DNA of 64,000 bases, taken from assembly GCA_030646255.1 (NCBI GenBank), contig JAUSNF010000021.1:9340-73339 (forward strand), given 5' to 3'. The stretch is from Candidatus Burarchaeum sp. GTDB taxonomy: Archaea; Micrarchaeota; Micrarchaeia; Burarchaeales; Burarchaeaceae. Under the pieces are notes generated by a model, which worked only from the letters and a program-made list of their open reading frames with translations, had not been told where the DNA came from and searched no databases. Both the position numbers and the translations under genes were made by a program. This document shows positions 49,405 to 58,888 of the stretch, piece after piece (within the stretch, counting starts at the first letter, position 1; every line of letters begins with the position of its first letter).

Positions 49405-50202
49405 ATGACAATAAACATACTTGACGAGATAAAGCGCGACTATGTGCGCGACCTTGCGATGCACGGCGGCAGGACCGACGGCAGGGCAATGGATGCGTTC
49501 AGGCCCATAAGCGTCGAGCCAGGCGTGATAACCTCAGCCGAGGGCTCTGCGCGCGTGAAGCTCGGGAAGAGCCAGGTGATAGCCGGCATCAAGCTGGGCG
49601 TCGGCTCGCCATTCCCGGACAGGCCCAAAGAGGGCGTTCTCTCAACTAATGCCGAATTCCTGCCCCTGGCCTCGCCTTCCTTTGAGTCAGGCCCGCCCAG
49701 CGAGCTGTCCATAGAGCTCGCGCGCGTGGTGGACCGCGGCATAAGGAGCGCGAATGCAGTTGACATTGCATCCCTCCTCATCGACGAGGACACTGAGGGC
49801 AAGTCCAAGGTCTGGGCAGTCTACATCGACCTCTACGTGCTTGACCACGACGGCAACCTGCAGGATGCGGCCGGCCTTGCGGCCATGTCTGCAATACTGA
49901 ACGTGCAGATGCCCAAGTACGAGGACGGCAAGCTGACGCTCGAGGAAAAGACCGGCCCGCTGCCCTCGCAGGCAACCGCAGTCTCATGCACCTTCGGCAA
50001 GATAGGAAACGCGATTCTGGTGGACCCCTCCTATGAAGAGGAGGTGAGCCTTGACGCACGCATAACAATGGCCACCATACCGGGCCACATATGCGCGTGC
50101 CAGAAGACGGGCATGGGCTCTTTCAAGCTGGAGGAAATCGACAGCTGCATGCAGATAGCCCTGAAGAAGGGCGATGAGCTGAGGGCGCTGTTAAAGCAGT
50201 AG
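49405..50202 (+). CDS. rrp42: Exosome subunit Rrp42
   Basis: AEGSARVKLG, ELARVVDRGIR, DHDGN. Confidence 0.95.
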   Translation: MTINILDEIKRDYVRDLAMHGGRTDGRAMDAFRPISVEPGVITSAEGSARVKLGKSQVIAGIKLGVGSPFPDRPKEGVLSTNAEFLPLASPSFESGPPSELSIELARVVDRGIRSANAVDIASLLIDEDTEGKSKVWAVYIDLYVLDHDGNLQDAAGLAAMSAILNVQMPKYEDGKLTLEEKTGPLPSQATAVSCTFGKIGNAILVDPSYEEEVSLDARITMATIPGHICACQKTGMGSFKLEEIDSCMQIALKKGDELRALLKQ

Positions 50203-50291
50203 CTGAATGGCTCAGACTCGCAATAAAAACGAATAAAAATGTGCGCAGGCACAAGAGTGCCACAAAATCTGCACAAAACGGAGCGATTGAT

Positions 50292-50570
50292 ATGGTAAAA
50301 GCATCGGTAAGGGGCGGCGCAGAGATGCGCAAGCTCGCTGCCAACATTGACAAGCAGAAGCGCGCCAGCTACCCGTGCCCATCATGCGGCAAGGCGGCTG
50401 TCAGGCGCATATCTAATGCAGTTTGGAAATGCAGGTCCTGCAGCGCGACTTTTGCAGGCGGAGCCTACAACCTCTCAACGCCCATGGGCGGAGTTGGCAA
50501 CAAGGCTCTGGACGTAATTTCTGCCCAGCAGAAGAGCAGTAACTTGAAGTCAGGTGGAAAAAGCGGCTAG
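50292..50570 (+). CDS. rpl37ae: 50S ribosomal protein L37Ae
   Basis: CPSCGK..VWKCRSC..FAGGAY. Confidence 0.92.
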   Translation: MVKASVRGGAEMRKLAANIDKQKRASYPCPSCGKAAVRRISNAVWKCRSCSATFAGGAYNLSTPMGGVGNKALDVISAQQKSSNLKSGGKSG

Positions 50571-50584
50571 GTGGAGGCGAAACT

Positions 50585-50716
50585 ATGTATACTTGCTGGA
50601 AATGCAAAGAGTCCATAAAGGAACTCGACCAAGCCTTCATCCGATGCCCTAAGTGCGGCTCGCGCGTGCTCTTCAAGGAGCGCCAGCCCGTTACGCGGGA
50701 CATCAAGACTGATTAA
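50585..50716 (+). CDS. rpoP: RNA polymerase subunit P (absent from ORF track)
   Basis: MYTCWKC..IRCPKCGSRVLFKER; GGAGG RBS. Confidence 0.92.
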   Translation: MYTCWKCKESIKELDQAFIRCPKCGSRVLFKERQPVTRDIKTD

Positions 50717-50725
50717 GGTTAAGGT

Positions 50726-50977
50726 ATGGCCACAAAAGCCGACTGCACACTTACAGTCCATTTTGAGAGCGCAAAGGAGGCGCAGCAGGCGGGCCTCATA
50801 CTCAAGCGCGAGACAACATTCAGGAAGCGCGGGAGCGCAGAGGTAAGGATAAAAAACCGTTCTATTACAATAGTCATCCAGGCCGATGACATAGTGGCGA
50901 TGAGGGCAACGCTCAACACATACCTGCGGCATCTACAGGTCGTGGGCGCGGTGTCCGATGTCGCCGGAAACGGGTGA
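50726..50977 (+). CDS. pcc1: KEOPS subunit Pcc1
   Basis: IQADDIVAMRATLNTYLR. Confidence 0.85.
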   Translation: MATKADCTLTVHFESAKEAQQAGLILKRETTFRKRGSAEVRIKNRSITIVIQADDIVAMRATLNTYLRHLQVVGAVSDVAGNG

Positions 50978-50982
50978 TATTC

Positions 50983-51327
50983 ATGGCGCAGACGGGAATT
51001 GAAGGAATGGAAAAAGAGCTTGCCGAGTACCAGTCGCTCCAGACCCAGCTCCAGTACATGCTTTTCCAGAAGCAGCAGTACAAGATGCAGCTCGACGACG
51101 CCGACATGGCGCTGGGCGAGCTCGCGAAGGCCGAGGGCGATGTTTACAAGAACGCCGGCCTGCTAATGATTAAATCGAACAAGGATGACGCACTGAAGGA
51201 CCTCAAGGAGAAGAAGGAATTCATAAGCGTGCGCATGAGTTCGCTTGCCAAGCAGGAAGAGGGCCTGCGCGAGCAGCTCGAGGGGCTCAAGGCAAAGCTT
51301 GAGGCTGCAATAAAGCGGAAAATCTGA
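50983..51327 (+). CDS. pfdB: Prefoldin beta subunit
   Basis: Coiled coils flanking VYKNAGLLMI. Confidence 0.92.
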   Translation: MAQTGIEGMEKELAEYQSLQTQLQYMLFQKQQYKMQLDDADMALGELAKAEGDVYKNAGLLMIKSNKDDALKDLKEKKEFISVRMSSLAKQEEGLREQLEGLKAKLEAAIKRKI

Positions 51328-51341
51328 GTGAGGGCGCGCTT

Positions 51342-52328
51342 ATGGCCGGCGACCTCCGATTCCTTGACTCTTTAAAAGGAAAGCGCGTAGTGCTGACCTT
51401 CCACTCGCTCGGCGACGTTGATGGCGTGGCCGCGGCCTTTGCGCTCAAAAACTACTTGGGCGAGCGCGCGCTCGTCGTGCCCGCTGACCGCGTAACTTCG
51501 CTCTCCGGAAAACTTCTTGCGCATGTCGGCTTCTCGCTCGACGAACTCCCACAGTCAGCCGCCTCGGCTTCCGCCGCTTCTCCCTCGGCTCGCGCTCCTT
51601 ATGATGCACTCGTCGTGCTCGACTGCAACTCGCGCATGCTCATGGGCCGTTTCTCTAATGAAAAACCCTATGCTGTAATAGACCATCACTCACTGCACAC
51701 CGACCCGCTCGGCTCTCGCAATGAGTTCATCAACCCCTCCTATTCCTCTGCATCTGAAATAGTCTACGAATTCTTACGCGAGCGCCAAGGGCAGAAGCCG
51801 CTTGACAGCCGCATCGCGCTTTTGCTGGCAGCCGGCATTGCAACAGACTCCGCGGGCTTCAGGAGCTCGCGCGAGAAGACTTTCACTTACATGGGCGAGC
51901 TTTTGGCGCAGGCACACACTGAATACGGCGACCTGCTCGAGCTTCTCGAAGTGCCACTCAACATCTCAGAGCGCGTGGAGCTGCTTCGAGCCTGCCAGCA
52001 AGCCAAAGTGGAACGAAAGGGCAACTTCCTTCTTGCAACCTCGCTCGTGAAATCCTATGAAGCTGCGGCAGCCGATGCGCTCATTGCGCTCGGTGCCGAC
52101 GTCGCATTCGTGGGCTACGCAGGCGATGATGCGCGCATCTCCGGCCGCACCACGCTGCACCTCGCGCACACCATCCAACTTACCGAAATAATGGCGCGCG
52201 CAGGCAAGCTTTTGGGCGGGAGCGGCGGAGGCCACCCTGCAGCAGCAGGCGCCACAGGGCCGAAGAAGTCAAAGCTCAAGCAGGCGCTCGCCCTCTGCTC
52301 AAAGCTCGCGCTTGAGAGATTGGGCTGA
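51342..52328 (+). CDS. DHH/DHHA1 phosphoesterase
   Basis: H..DVDG, IDHH, GGGH. Confidence 0.9.
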   Translation: MAGDLRFLDSLKGKRVVLTFHSLGDVDGVAAAFALKNYLGERALVVPADRVTSLSGKLLAHVGFSLDELPQSAASASAASPSARAPYDALVVLDCNSRMLMGRFSNEKPYAVIDHHSLHTDPLGSRNEFINPSYSSASEIVYEFLRERQGQKPLDSRIALLLAAGIATDSAGFRSSREKTFTYMGELLAQAHTEYGDLLELLEVPLNISERVELLRACQQAKVERKGNFLLATSLVKSYEAAAADALIALGADVAFVGYAGDDARISGRTTLHLAHTIQLTEIMARAGKLLGGSGGGHPAAAGATGPKKSKLKQALALCSKLALERLG

Positions 52329-52393
52329 AACAGTAGCCAAACTCGCCGAAGACATTCAAAAACATATAAATAGGGTAAAGCTCAAATGCAACC

Positions 52394-52780
52394 ATGGCCA
52401 GCGAGTGGTTTTACGGTTTGCTTGTCTTGCTATTGGGTGTTGGACTCATGTACGGCGTCTACCATGCGCTCACCTCTGCTGACACAATACGGCAGGCTTC
52501 CAACTCGCTTCCCTCTTCGCAGTACTCTTCTTCCCCTTCACAAACAGCATCTTCCCAGCCCGTGTGCACCGAAGGCTCCAAAGAATCTTGCATTTTAGCC
52601 AACGGCTGCGATGGCAAGAAAGTCTGTTTCCAGGGCGAATGGACCAGCTGCATTGCGCCCAGGCAGGCCTGCACACCAGGCTCAAAACTAGGGTGCGCAT
52701 TTACAGATGAAAACGGCTGCGGCGTGGGTGAAAAAACCTGCAACGAATGCGGCACAGGCTGGAGTGGCTGTTCTCCATGA
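52394..52780 (+). CDS. Membrane-anchored Cys-rich protein
   Basis: N-terminal TM; two CxxG..C..C..W..C modules. Confidence 0.75.
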   Translation: MASEWFYGLLVLLLGVGLMYGVYHALTSADTIRQASNSLPSSQYSSSPSQTASSQPVCTEGSKESCILANGCDGKKVCFQGEWTSCIAPRQACTPGSKLGCAFTDENGCGVGEKTCNECGTGWSGCSP

Positions 52781-53556
52781 GCTCGAAAAAAGGTTTCGTA
52801 TTCACCGTAGATGCCTTCGTAGCCCTCACGCTAGTCGTGCTCGTAATCTTCGTAATAGTCTACCAGCTCAACATACCATCAGCCTTCTTCCCTCAGCAGT
52901 CCCAGACCTACAACTACGCGCGCGACGTCGTGAGCACGCTGAGCACGCTGACAATAAAGAACCTTAAAGATAATAACGATAAGCTCGGCGATCCTCTATA
53001 TGATATGCTGTTGGATTCGGGCTATGCATACGTTCTCGACATCAATGGCGATCCAATACCCTACCTTCCAATCACAACTGAAGACGATCACACCGTTCTT
53101 GAACAGATAGCAAAGGAAGCCCGAATTACTGACAGGAAAGAGGTAGCTAGGCTTATTGCAGTGAATCTCCTTGCTTCCGATGCTGACAACGATTCGACGA
53201 CCTCTGGCAAGCCGATGATTCCTGAGCAGTTCGGAGTTAAGATTAGCATCGAAGGTTATCCGGACGCGGACGTGATAGTACGCGACAAGCCGTTCACAAA
53301 AATCCAGTCTTCCGCTAGCTATGTGTTGATGGGCTACACTGCAAGCCGAGACCCCCGCGTCCCGCGCTATGATTATCCTTCCTATGTTCCGGAAAACAGA
53401 AAATACTGCTCAGACGGAACTTCAGACGGCGCACCTGGAGATATTGACAGCAACCAACCTGCGCTTCCCTGTGCTGTCTTTTTCCAAGACACCAATTATG
53501 AACCAGGGGCAATAACCGAGACGCCACTCATTGTGCGCGTCAGCGTATGGACGTGA
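52777..53556 (+). CDS. Pilin-like protein (class III signal peptide)
   Basis: KKG-FVFTVDAFVA + hydrophobic helix. Confidence 0.8.
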   Translation: MSSKKGFVFTVDAFVALTLVVLVIFVIVYQLNIPSAFFPQQSQTYNYARDVVSTLSTLTIKNLKDNNDKLGDPLYDMLLDSGYAYVLDINGDPIPYLPITTEDDHTVLEQIAKEARITDRKEVARLIAVNLLASDADNDSTTSGKPMIPEQFGVKISIEGYPDADVIVRDKPFTKIQSSASYVLMGYTASRDPRVPRYDYPSYVPENRKYCSDGTSDGAPGDIDSNQPALPCAVFFQDTNYEPGAITETPLIVRVSVWT

Positions 53557-55430
53557 ACTTCATGATTTTCCACAAATCCCACAAAGCATTCTTCTTCACA
53601 GGCGCAGTGGCCATTCTGCTCGTGCTGCTCATAGCCTCAACCATGACCTGGGTCGCAGTCTCGAACGCGCGCTCCGAGCGCGCGCCGCTCATTACGCAGG
53701 GCCAGCAGGTTCAGAACATGGTGCAGAGCGTCATGGGCTACCAGCGCGCGCTGCAGGTTTCATCGGAAACGGCGTTTTATCAGACCAACCTGCACATGCG
53801 CGCGCAAATTACAGTTCCGAATCCATCAGGCGGCATGACTGCATTAGATGCAAAAAACGAAAGGTATACGTGCATCTATCCTGACATTAGCCCTACTCCT
53901 GATCCGCTATGCGACATAGCCCATTCCAATGATCCGATTTACACGGGAGTAAGAAATAATGTAATCAAGTACTTCTTCTGCGACACATTGGCAACCTATG
54001 CGCAGGGCTGGAGATCCGGGATAAGGAAGCTCGGCAATGAGATGGGGCTTGACGTGTTTATCACTGAAGACCCGGATGCGGAAGAGGTCTGCAAGCTCTC
54101 AATGTCTAATTACAGGACTGTGAAAGTGGAATACAAAGGAACCTACGAAATAAGAGACAAGGCAACCGGCCAGCTGCTTGCCAGCGGCAAGCTGCCCGGC
54201 GAGGCCTACGTGGACATAAACGGCTACGAGGACCCTGCCATATGGGACCGGGCCCGCAAGGATCCGGCTGCGTTCACCGGCGGTCCTATAAGGAACATAT
54301 ACTTCAGCGGCGAGGTCGGGACCAAGCCTACTGTCGGGACCTCGCCTGACGTCCTCAAGCCCGATCCAAAGGTGATTGGCATGCGCGGCAAGGGCTGGTT
54401 CTACGGCAAGACCATCTCTGATACGTTCGACTCAGTCTCCAATCCCGAATGCGTGGACGCTTCAGATCCCAACCCGACGAACCTCAAGAAATGCATAGTC
54501 GTCATATTTGCAGTTTCCTTCTCGGATCCCAATGTCGTCTCGGACCTTAATGCAAACTACGGCGGTGTAATCCTGCTGAACGTGCCGGAGGAAGTTGTAA
54601 GCGACGTTGACTGCGACGGCAACTTAATACCTGATTACGAACTTCATGAGGAAACGGAATACTGCCTTGACTGCCTAACGTACTTGAAGAAGATTGGTAC
54701 TGACGAAATTACAACAAACCCTCTGGACTGCCCCTTCGGGGTGCCCCAACCTCCGCTACCAAACATCCTGGGCCCGAACGGCCTTAACCAGGTTTCGATC
54801 CCGTTCATAGCAGCAGATTACACAGATCCATCCATCAAGGCTTTCGTGGACGATCCAGCAAACCGTTGGAAGCACTACTTCATAGGTTCTAAGAACTGGA
54901 GCAACACAATAGGCATCTCTGAAGTTCACAATATTTGGGACATCGAGAAGCTCAGGGCAACTGCGGTGTGCGGATTCTATATGAATATGAGCGGCTATGT
55001 GGACGTGAACAACCAGCCCATCCCAGATGCGCCGGACTTCCTACAGCGCATGACCATAAGCGGCGACAGCCAGACTTCGCCCAACGGAATCGAAAGCTTC
55101 CTGGTTGGCGTGGGCGTGAATGACATATGGAATGAGGGCGTTCTAATAACCGGCGTCTCGGGAATCTATTCCAACGCGGACCACGCATATCTAGAGCAAC
55201 TCGGTCCTCCGAAAGCCTCACCCGATACCTTCAGGATGAAGGGCATGCCCGGATGCCGCGAGCTGGATCAGTGCTCTTACCTTACGCCAGCGGGCCAGAG
55301 CTCGCCCGTAGGCCACTTTGCAATTGATTACACAGACCACTTGCTCTATGATCCTTTCAACATCTTGCAATGCAATCCCGATTCTGCGACTTCAGGCTAT
55401 CATGCCTCCTGCGACGACACTGCAAACTAG
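53547..55430 (+). CDS. Large pilin-like/adhesin protein
   Basis: HKA-FFFT + hydrophobic helix; Cys/Asp-rich body. Confidence 0.75.
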   Translation: MDVNFMIFHKSHKAFFFTGAVAILLVLLIASTMTWVAVSNARSERAPLITQGQQVQNMVQSVMGYQRALQVSSETAFYQTNLHMRAQITVPNPSGGMTALDAKNERYTCIYPDISPTPDPLCDIAHSNDPIYTGVRNNVIKYFFCDTLATYAQGWRSGIRKLGNEMGLDVFITEDPDAEEVCKLSMSNYRTVKVEYKGTYEIRDKATGQLLASGKLPGEAYVDINGYEDPAIWDRARKDPAAFTGGPIRNIYFSGEVGTKPTVGTSPDVLKPDPKVIGMRGKGWFYGKTISDTFDSVSNPECVDASDPNPTNLKKCIVVIFAVSFSDPNVVSDLNANYGGVILLNVPEEVVSDVDCDGNLIPDYELHEETEYCLDCLTYLKKIGTDEITTNPLDCPFGVPQPPLPNILGPNGLNQVSIPFIAADYTDPSIKAFVDDPANRWKHYFIGSKNWSNTIGISEVHNIWDIEKLRATAVCGFYMNMSGYVDVNNQPIPDAPDFLQRMTISGDSQTSPNGIESFLVGVGVNDIWNEGVLITGVSGIYSNADHAYLEQLGPPKASPDTFRMKGMPGCRELDQCSYLTPAGQSSPVGHFAIDYTDHLLYDPFNILQCNPDSATSGYHASCDDTAN

Positions 55431-55438
55431 CTGATATT

Positions 55439-55900
55439 ATGGACTCCCACCGCGCCCAGGCAAGCACCGAGCTCTTCGTGCTCGTAGCCTTCTTCCTAGT
55501 CTTTCTCATACCCATAGTCTTCCTGATGATGAACCTGTCGGGCGAGAAGGCGAACGAGGCGTCGCTGGCGCAGGCGCAGCAGCTGGGCAGGAGAATGACG
55601 GACCTTGCAGACCAGGTTTACATACAGGGCGGCGCGGCGCAAAAGGTGGAAGCGCTCTTCTTCCCGGCAAACATCATCAACCTGAATGTGGGCGGGGACG
55701 CGCCCGATAAGCACGAAATCGTGATAACGGTTTCAACCTACAACGGGGAGACTGACTTGGTGTTCATGACTACTGCACCGCTTTCAACGACTACGGACTG
55801 GACCGGCCAGCCCGACCTTTACCTGGGCGCCGGCATGAAAAAAGTAAGGGTTTACAATGAACCTGCCGATAATTCGGTGGCGATTGACTATGAGCCCTAG
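55439..55900 (+). CDS. Pilin-like protein
   Basis: RA-QASTE class III motif. Confidence 0.85.
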   Translation: MDSHRAQASTELFVLVAFFLVFLIPIVFLMMNLSGEKANEASLAQAQQLGRRMTDLADQVYIQGGAAQKVEALFFPANIINLNVGGDAPDKHEIVITVSTYNGETDLVFMTTAPLSTTTDWTGQPDLYLGAGMKKVRVYNEPADNSVAIDYEP

Positions 55901-56375
55901 GCTGAAGGCGCAGATGGCGCTTGAATTCCTTTTGCTAGTGTCCTTCTTCCTCCTAGTGCTCGTGATAGCCATGGGCTATTTCGCGAGCCTGCAGCAGACC
56001 GAGATGACTAACCGCGAGTATCTGCTCGGCAGGGAAGTTGCAGCCCGCATTGCGGACGAGGTTCACCTGGCGCTGGTGAGCGGGCCGGGCTATGAAAAGA
56101 CCATTAACCTGCCTCCGACAGTGGCAGGCTCGCCCTACGAGCTGCGCATAACGAACTCCGACCAGTTCGCAACAGCCTACGTGGAAATCAGCTGGACGCG
56201 GGGCGGCACAGACCTGGAATACGCCTTCCCGCTTGCGAGCAGGAGCGTTTACGGCGAGCTGAACGGACTGGGGGTATTTCCACCATTTGCTTTAGATGTT
56301 ACAATACCTTTAACTATAAAGAATGCTGATCTTACAGACAACCGAGTTGGTATAATTGTTTTCCACCAAGACTAA
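55890..56375 (+). CDS. Pilin-like protein
   Basis: KA-QMALEF class III motif. Confidence 0.85.
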   Translation: MSPRLKAQMALEFLLLVSFFLLVLVIAMGYFASLQQTEMTNREYLLGREVAARIADEVHLALVSGPGYEKTINLPPTVAGSPYELRITNSDQFATAYVEISWTRGGTDLEYAFPLASRSVYGELNGLGVFPPFALDVTIPLTIKNADLTDNRVGIIVFHQD

Positions 56376-57087
56376 AACCTCCAAAGGCCAGTTCTTCTCG
56401 CTAGACGTGATAGCGGGCTCGCTGATCTTCATGGTGGCCTTCTTCATCCTTGCCTTCTACTGGCTCAATGCGCAGGCAGGCATGGGCGATAAGACGGATG
56501 ATCTGCAAAGGGAATCCGAGCGCATTGCGGACCAGCTCATGGTGCCCAGCCAGTTTGAAAACATTGAATTTACCGATATGCAAACCGCACTCGGTCCCAT
56601 GTGCCCTAACTATCCCGATATAACGGATACATCGATAAAGCAGCCAGACGACCTCCTCCCTGTCAATTATGTCAGCATAATCAATTCCAAGTCAAGGGTA
56701 CTGCTCACGGCAATGGCATATCTCAACTACACGAGTGCCCTAACTGCGGGAGCAGGAAGCATCAGATTCTACGACTCAATAAAAGAAAAGCTGGGAATTC
56801 CCCGGTATGAGTATTATATTACGCTTGAAGATAGCAATGGGGACGTGCGTACGGATTGCGCAGATTTTGGATTCACGACTACGACCTGTTCTCCTAGCGG
56901 TCCGCCGCCAATGTTGAACTGCGTGGGAGGCGCGCCTCCGCCACCAAATGCCCGCGAAATTGCAAATGCAGAGCGCATAGCGCTGTTTAACCGATACCGG
57001 GGCGAATTTGATCCTGATGTTGCTGGCCAGCTGTACTTTGGAGCACCAGAACTGGTCAAGGTACGCGTTCAGGTGTGGCGTCCATAG
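56356..57087 (+). CDS. Pilin-like protein
   Basis: KG-QFFSLD class III motif. Confidence 0.8.
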   Translation: MFSTKTKTSKGQFFSLDVIAGSLIFMVAFFILAFYWLNAQAGMGDKTDDLQRESERIADQLMVPSQFENIEFTDMQTALGPMCPNYPDITDTSIKQPDDLLPVNYVSIINSKSRVLLTAMAYLNYTSALTAGAGSIRFYDSIKEKLGIPRYEYYITLEDSNGDVRTDCADFGFTTTTCSPSGPPPMLNCVGGAPPPPNAREIANAERIALFNRYRGEFDPDVAGQLYFGAPELVKVRVQVWRP

Positions 57088-57120
57088 GCTCATATTAGGA
57101 AATATACGAGGTGTTTTGAA

Positions 57121-58224
57121 ATGATAATCGGAGTACCAAAAGAAATAAAGGACAACGAGAACCGCGTGGCGCTCACGCCCTCGGGCGCGTCCGAGCTCAA
57201 GCGCAGCGGGCACACCGTTCTCGTGCAGAAGGATGCCGGCGCAGGCAGCGGGTTTGCAGATGCGCATTACCTGAAGGCGGGTGCGCAGATTATCGACTCG
57301 CCCGCGGAAATTTTCGAGAAGGCCGAGATGATACTGAAGGTCAAGGAACCCCAGCCGCCCGAGCTCAAAATGCTCCGCGAGGGGCAAATACTTTTCACCT
57401 ACTTGCACCTGGCAGCAGAAAAGGCTGTTACAGATGCACTGCTTGAGCGGAAAGTCACGGGCATAGCCTACGAAACAGTGTCGGAGAACGGCTTCCTGCC
57501 CCTCTTGGCGCCCATGAGCGAGGTAGCGGGCCGCATGTCCTGCCTGGTTGCAGGCTATTACCTGCAAAAGCCGCATGGCGGAAAGGGCGTGCTAATGTCG
57601 GGCGTGCCGGGCACAAAGCCTGCAAAGGTGCTCATAGTGGGCGGTGGCTTTGTGGGCATGAATGCCGCAACTGTAGCCTATGGCATGGGCGCGGACGTTA
57701 CAATACTTGAGAAGGGCATACCAAGAATACGTGTGCTCAAGGACCTTCTTCCAAAGGCCACAATATTAGTGTCAAACCATGCAGTGCTCGAGGACGAAAT
57801 TAAGACCGCAGACGCGGTAATAGGCGCAGTGCTCGTGCCCGGCGCAAAGGCGCCCAAGCTCATAACAAAGGAAATGGTGGCGAGCATGCAGCCAGGTTCA
57901 GTCATAGTGGATGTTGCGATAGACCAGGGCGGATGCACAGAGACATCACGGCCAACTACTCACTCAAAGCCGGTTTACACCGAGAACGGCGTAATACACT
58001 ACTGCGTGACCAACATGCCCGGCGCATACCCGCGCACCTCGACGATAGCATTAACAAACGCAACCCTGCCCTATGCGCTCCTTCTCGCAAAAAGTGGCAC
58101 AGCCGCAATTAAGACAAACGTGCCGCTCAAGCTCGGCCTGAACACGTACAAGGGCAAGCTCACGTGCGAAGGCGTTGCGGAAGCATTTGGCATGGAGTAC
58201 GTGAACCCGGACAAATTACTTTGA
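57121..58224 (+). CDS. ald: Alanine dehydrogenase (bacterial type)
   Basis: IGVPKEIKDNENRV, FTYLHLA, PMSEVAGR, DVAIDQGG. Confidence 0.96.
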   Translation: MIIGVPKEIKDNENRVALTPSGASELKRSGHTVLVQKDAGAGSGFADAHYLKAGAQIIDSPAEIFEKAEMILKVKEPQPPELKMLREGQILFTYLHLAAEKAVTDALLERKVTGIAYETVSENGFLPLLAPMSEVAGRMSCLVAGYYLQKPHGGKGVLMSGVPGTKPAKVLIVGGGFVGMNAATVAYGMGADVTILEKGIPRIRVLKDLLPKATILVSNHAVLEDEIKTADAVIGAVLVPGAKAPKLITKEMVASMQPGSVIVDVAIDQGGCTETSRPTTHSKPVYTENGVIHYCVTNMPGAYPRTSTIALTNATLPYALLLAKSGTAAIKTNVPLKLGLNTYKGKLTCEGVAEAFGMEYVNPDKLL

Positions 58225-58872
58225 AACAGAAACCTCAACCTTCTTCACGCCCTTCAAGGCCTTCACATGCTCCTCCACTTCCTCCTTTATGTTCTCGGTG
58301 AACATCTCATCAGTGTTGCCAAGTGAAATCTCCACTTTGACTGCGCCCGCCTTCCCATCCACCTCAACATTCTTCACCATCTTCAGCCGCACTATGTTTA
58401 TGCCAATGTCAGGGTTAATCACACCCATCAGCTCATTCATCACATTCTCAGAAGTCAGCTCAGTCTCGCCTTCAGCACCAGCTTTAGCCAGCCCATGCTT
58501 CTGCTCGTAATCCCTTATGGCAGCCATCAACGTCTTGGCAGCCAGCACGGAGCAGTGCATCTTGACTGAAGGAAGGCCTCCCAGCTCGTCGGCAGCAGCA
58601 TTCCACTCGATCTTCTTGGCCTCCTCCAACTTCTTGCCCTTGGCCATTTCTGTAATTATGGACGCAGTCGCAATGTTAGAAGCGCACCCGTATGACTTGA
58701 ACTTTATGTCCTCAATCACGTGCGTCTTGGGATTGACCTTCAAATAGACGCTCACCATGTCGCCGCACGCAGGGCTGCCTTCAGTAGCCTCGGCATCAGC
58801 CCCTTCAATCTCGCCCATGTTCTTCGGGTGCAGGAAATACTCGAGCACCTTTTTCGTATATTTCAAAGCCAT
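58216..58872 (-). CDS. iscU: IscU/NifU scaffold fused to DUF59/SufT-like domain
   Basis: PACGD, YGCAS, KMHCS; C-terminal VINPDIGINIV. Confidence 0.9.
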   Translation of the reverse strand: MALKYTKKVLEYFLHPKNMGEIEGADAEATEGSPACGDMVSVYLKVNPKTHVIEDIKFKSYGCASNIATASIITEMAKGKKLEEAKKIEWNAAADELGGLPSVKMHCSVLAAKTLMAAIRDYEQKHGLAKAGAEGETELTSENVMNELMGVINPDIGINIVRLKMVKNVEVDGKAGAVKVEISLGNTDEMFTENIKEEVEEHVKALKGVKKVEVSVSK

Positions 58873-58888
58873 TTTTTCGCCTCTTTTC

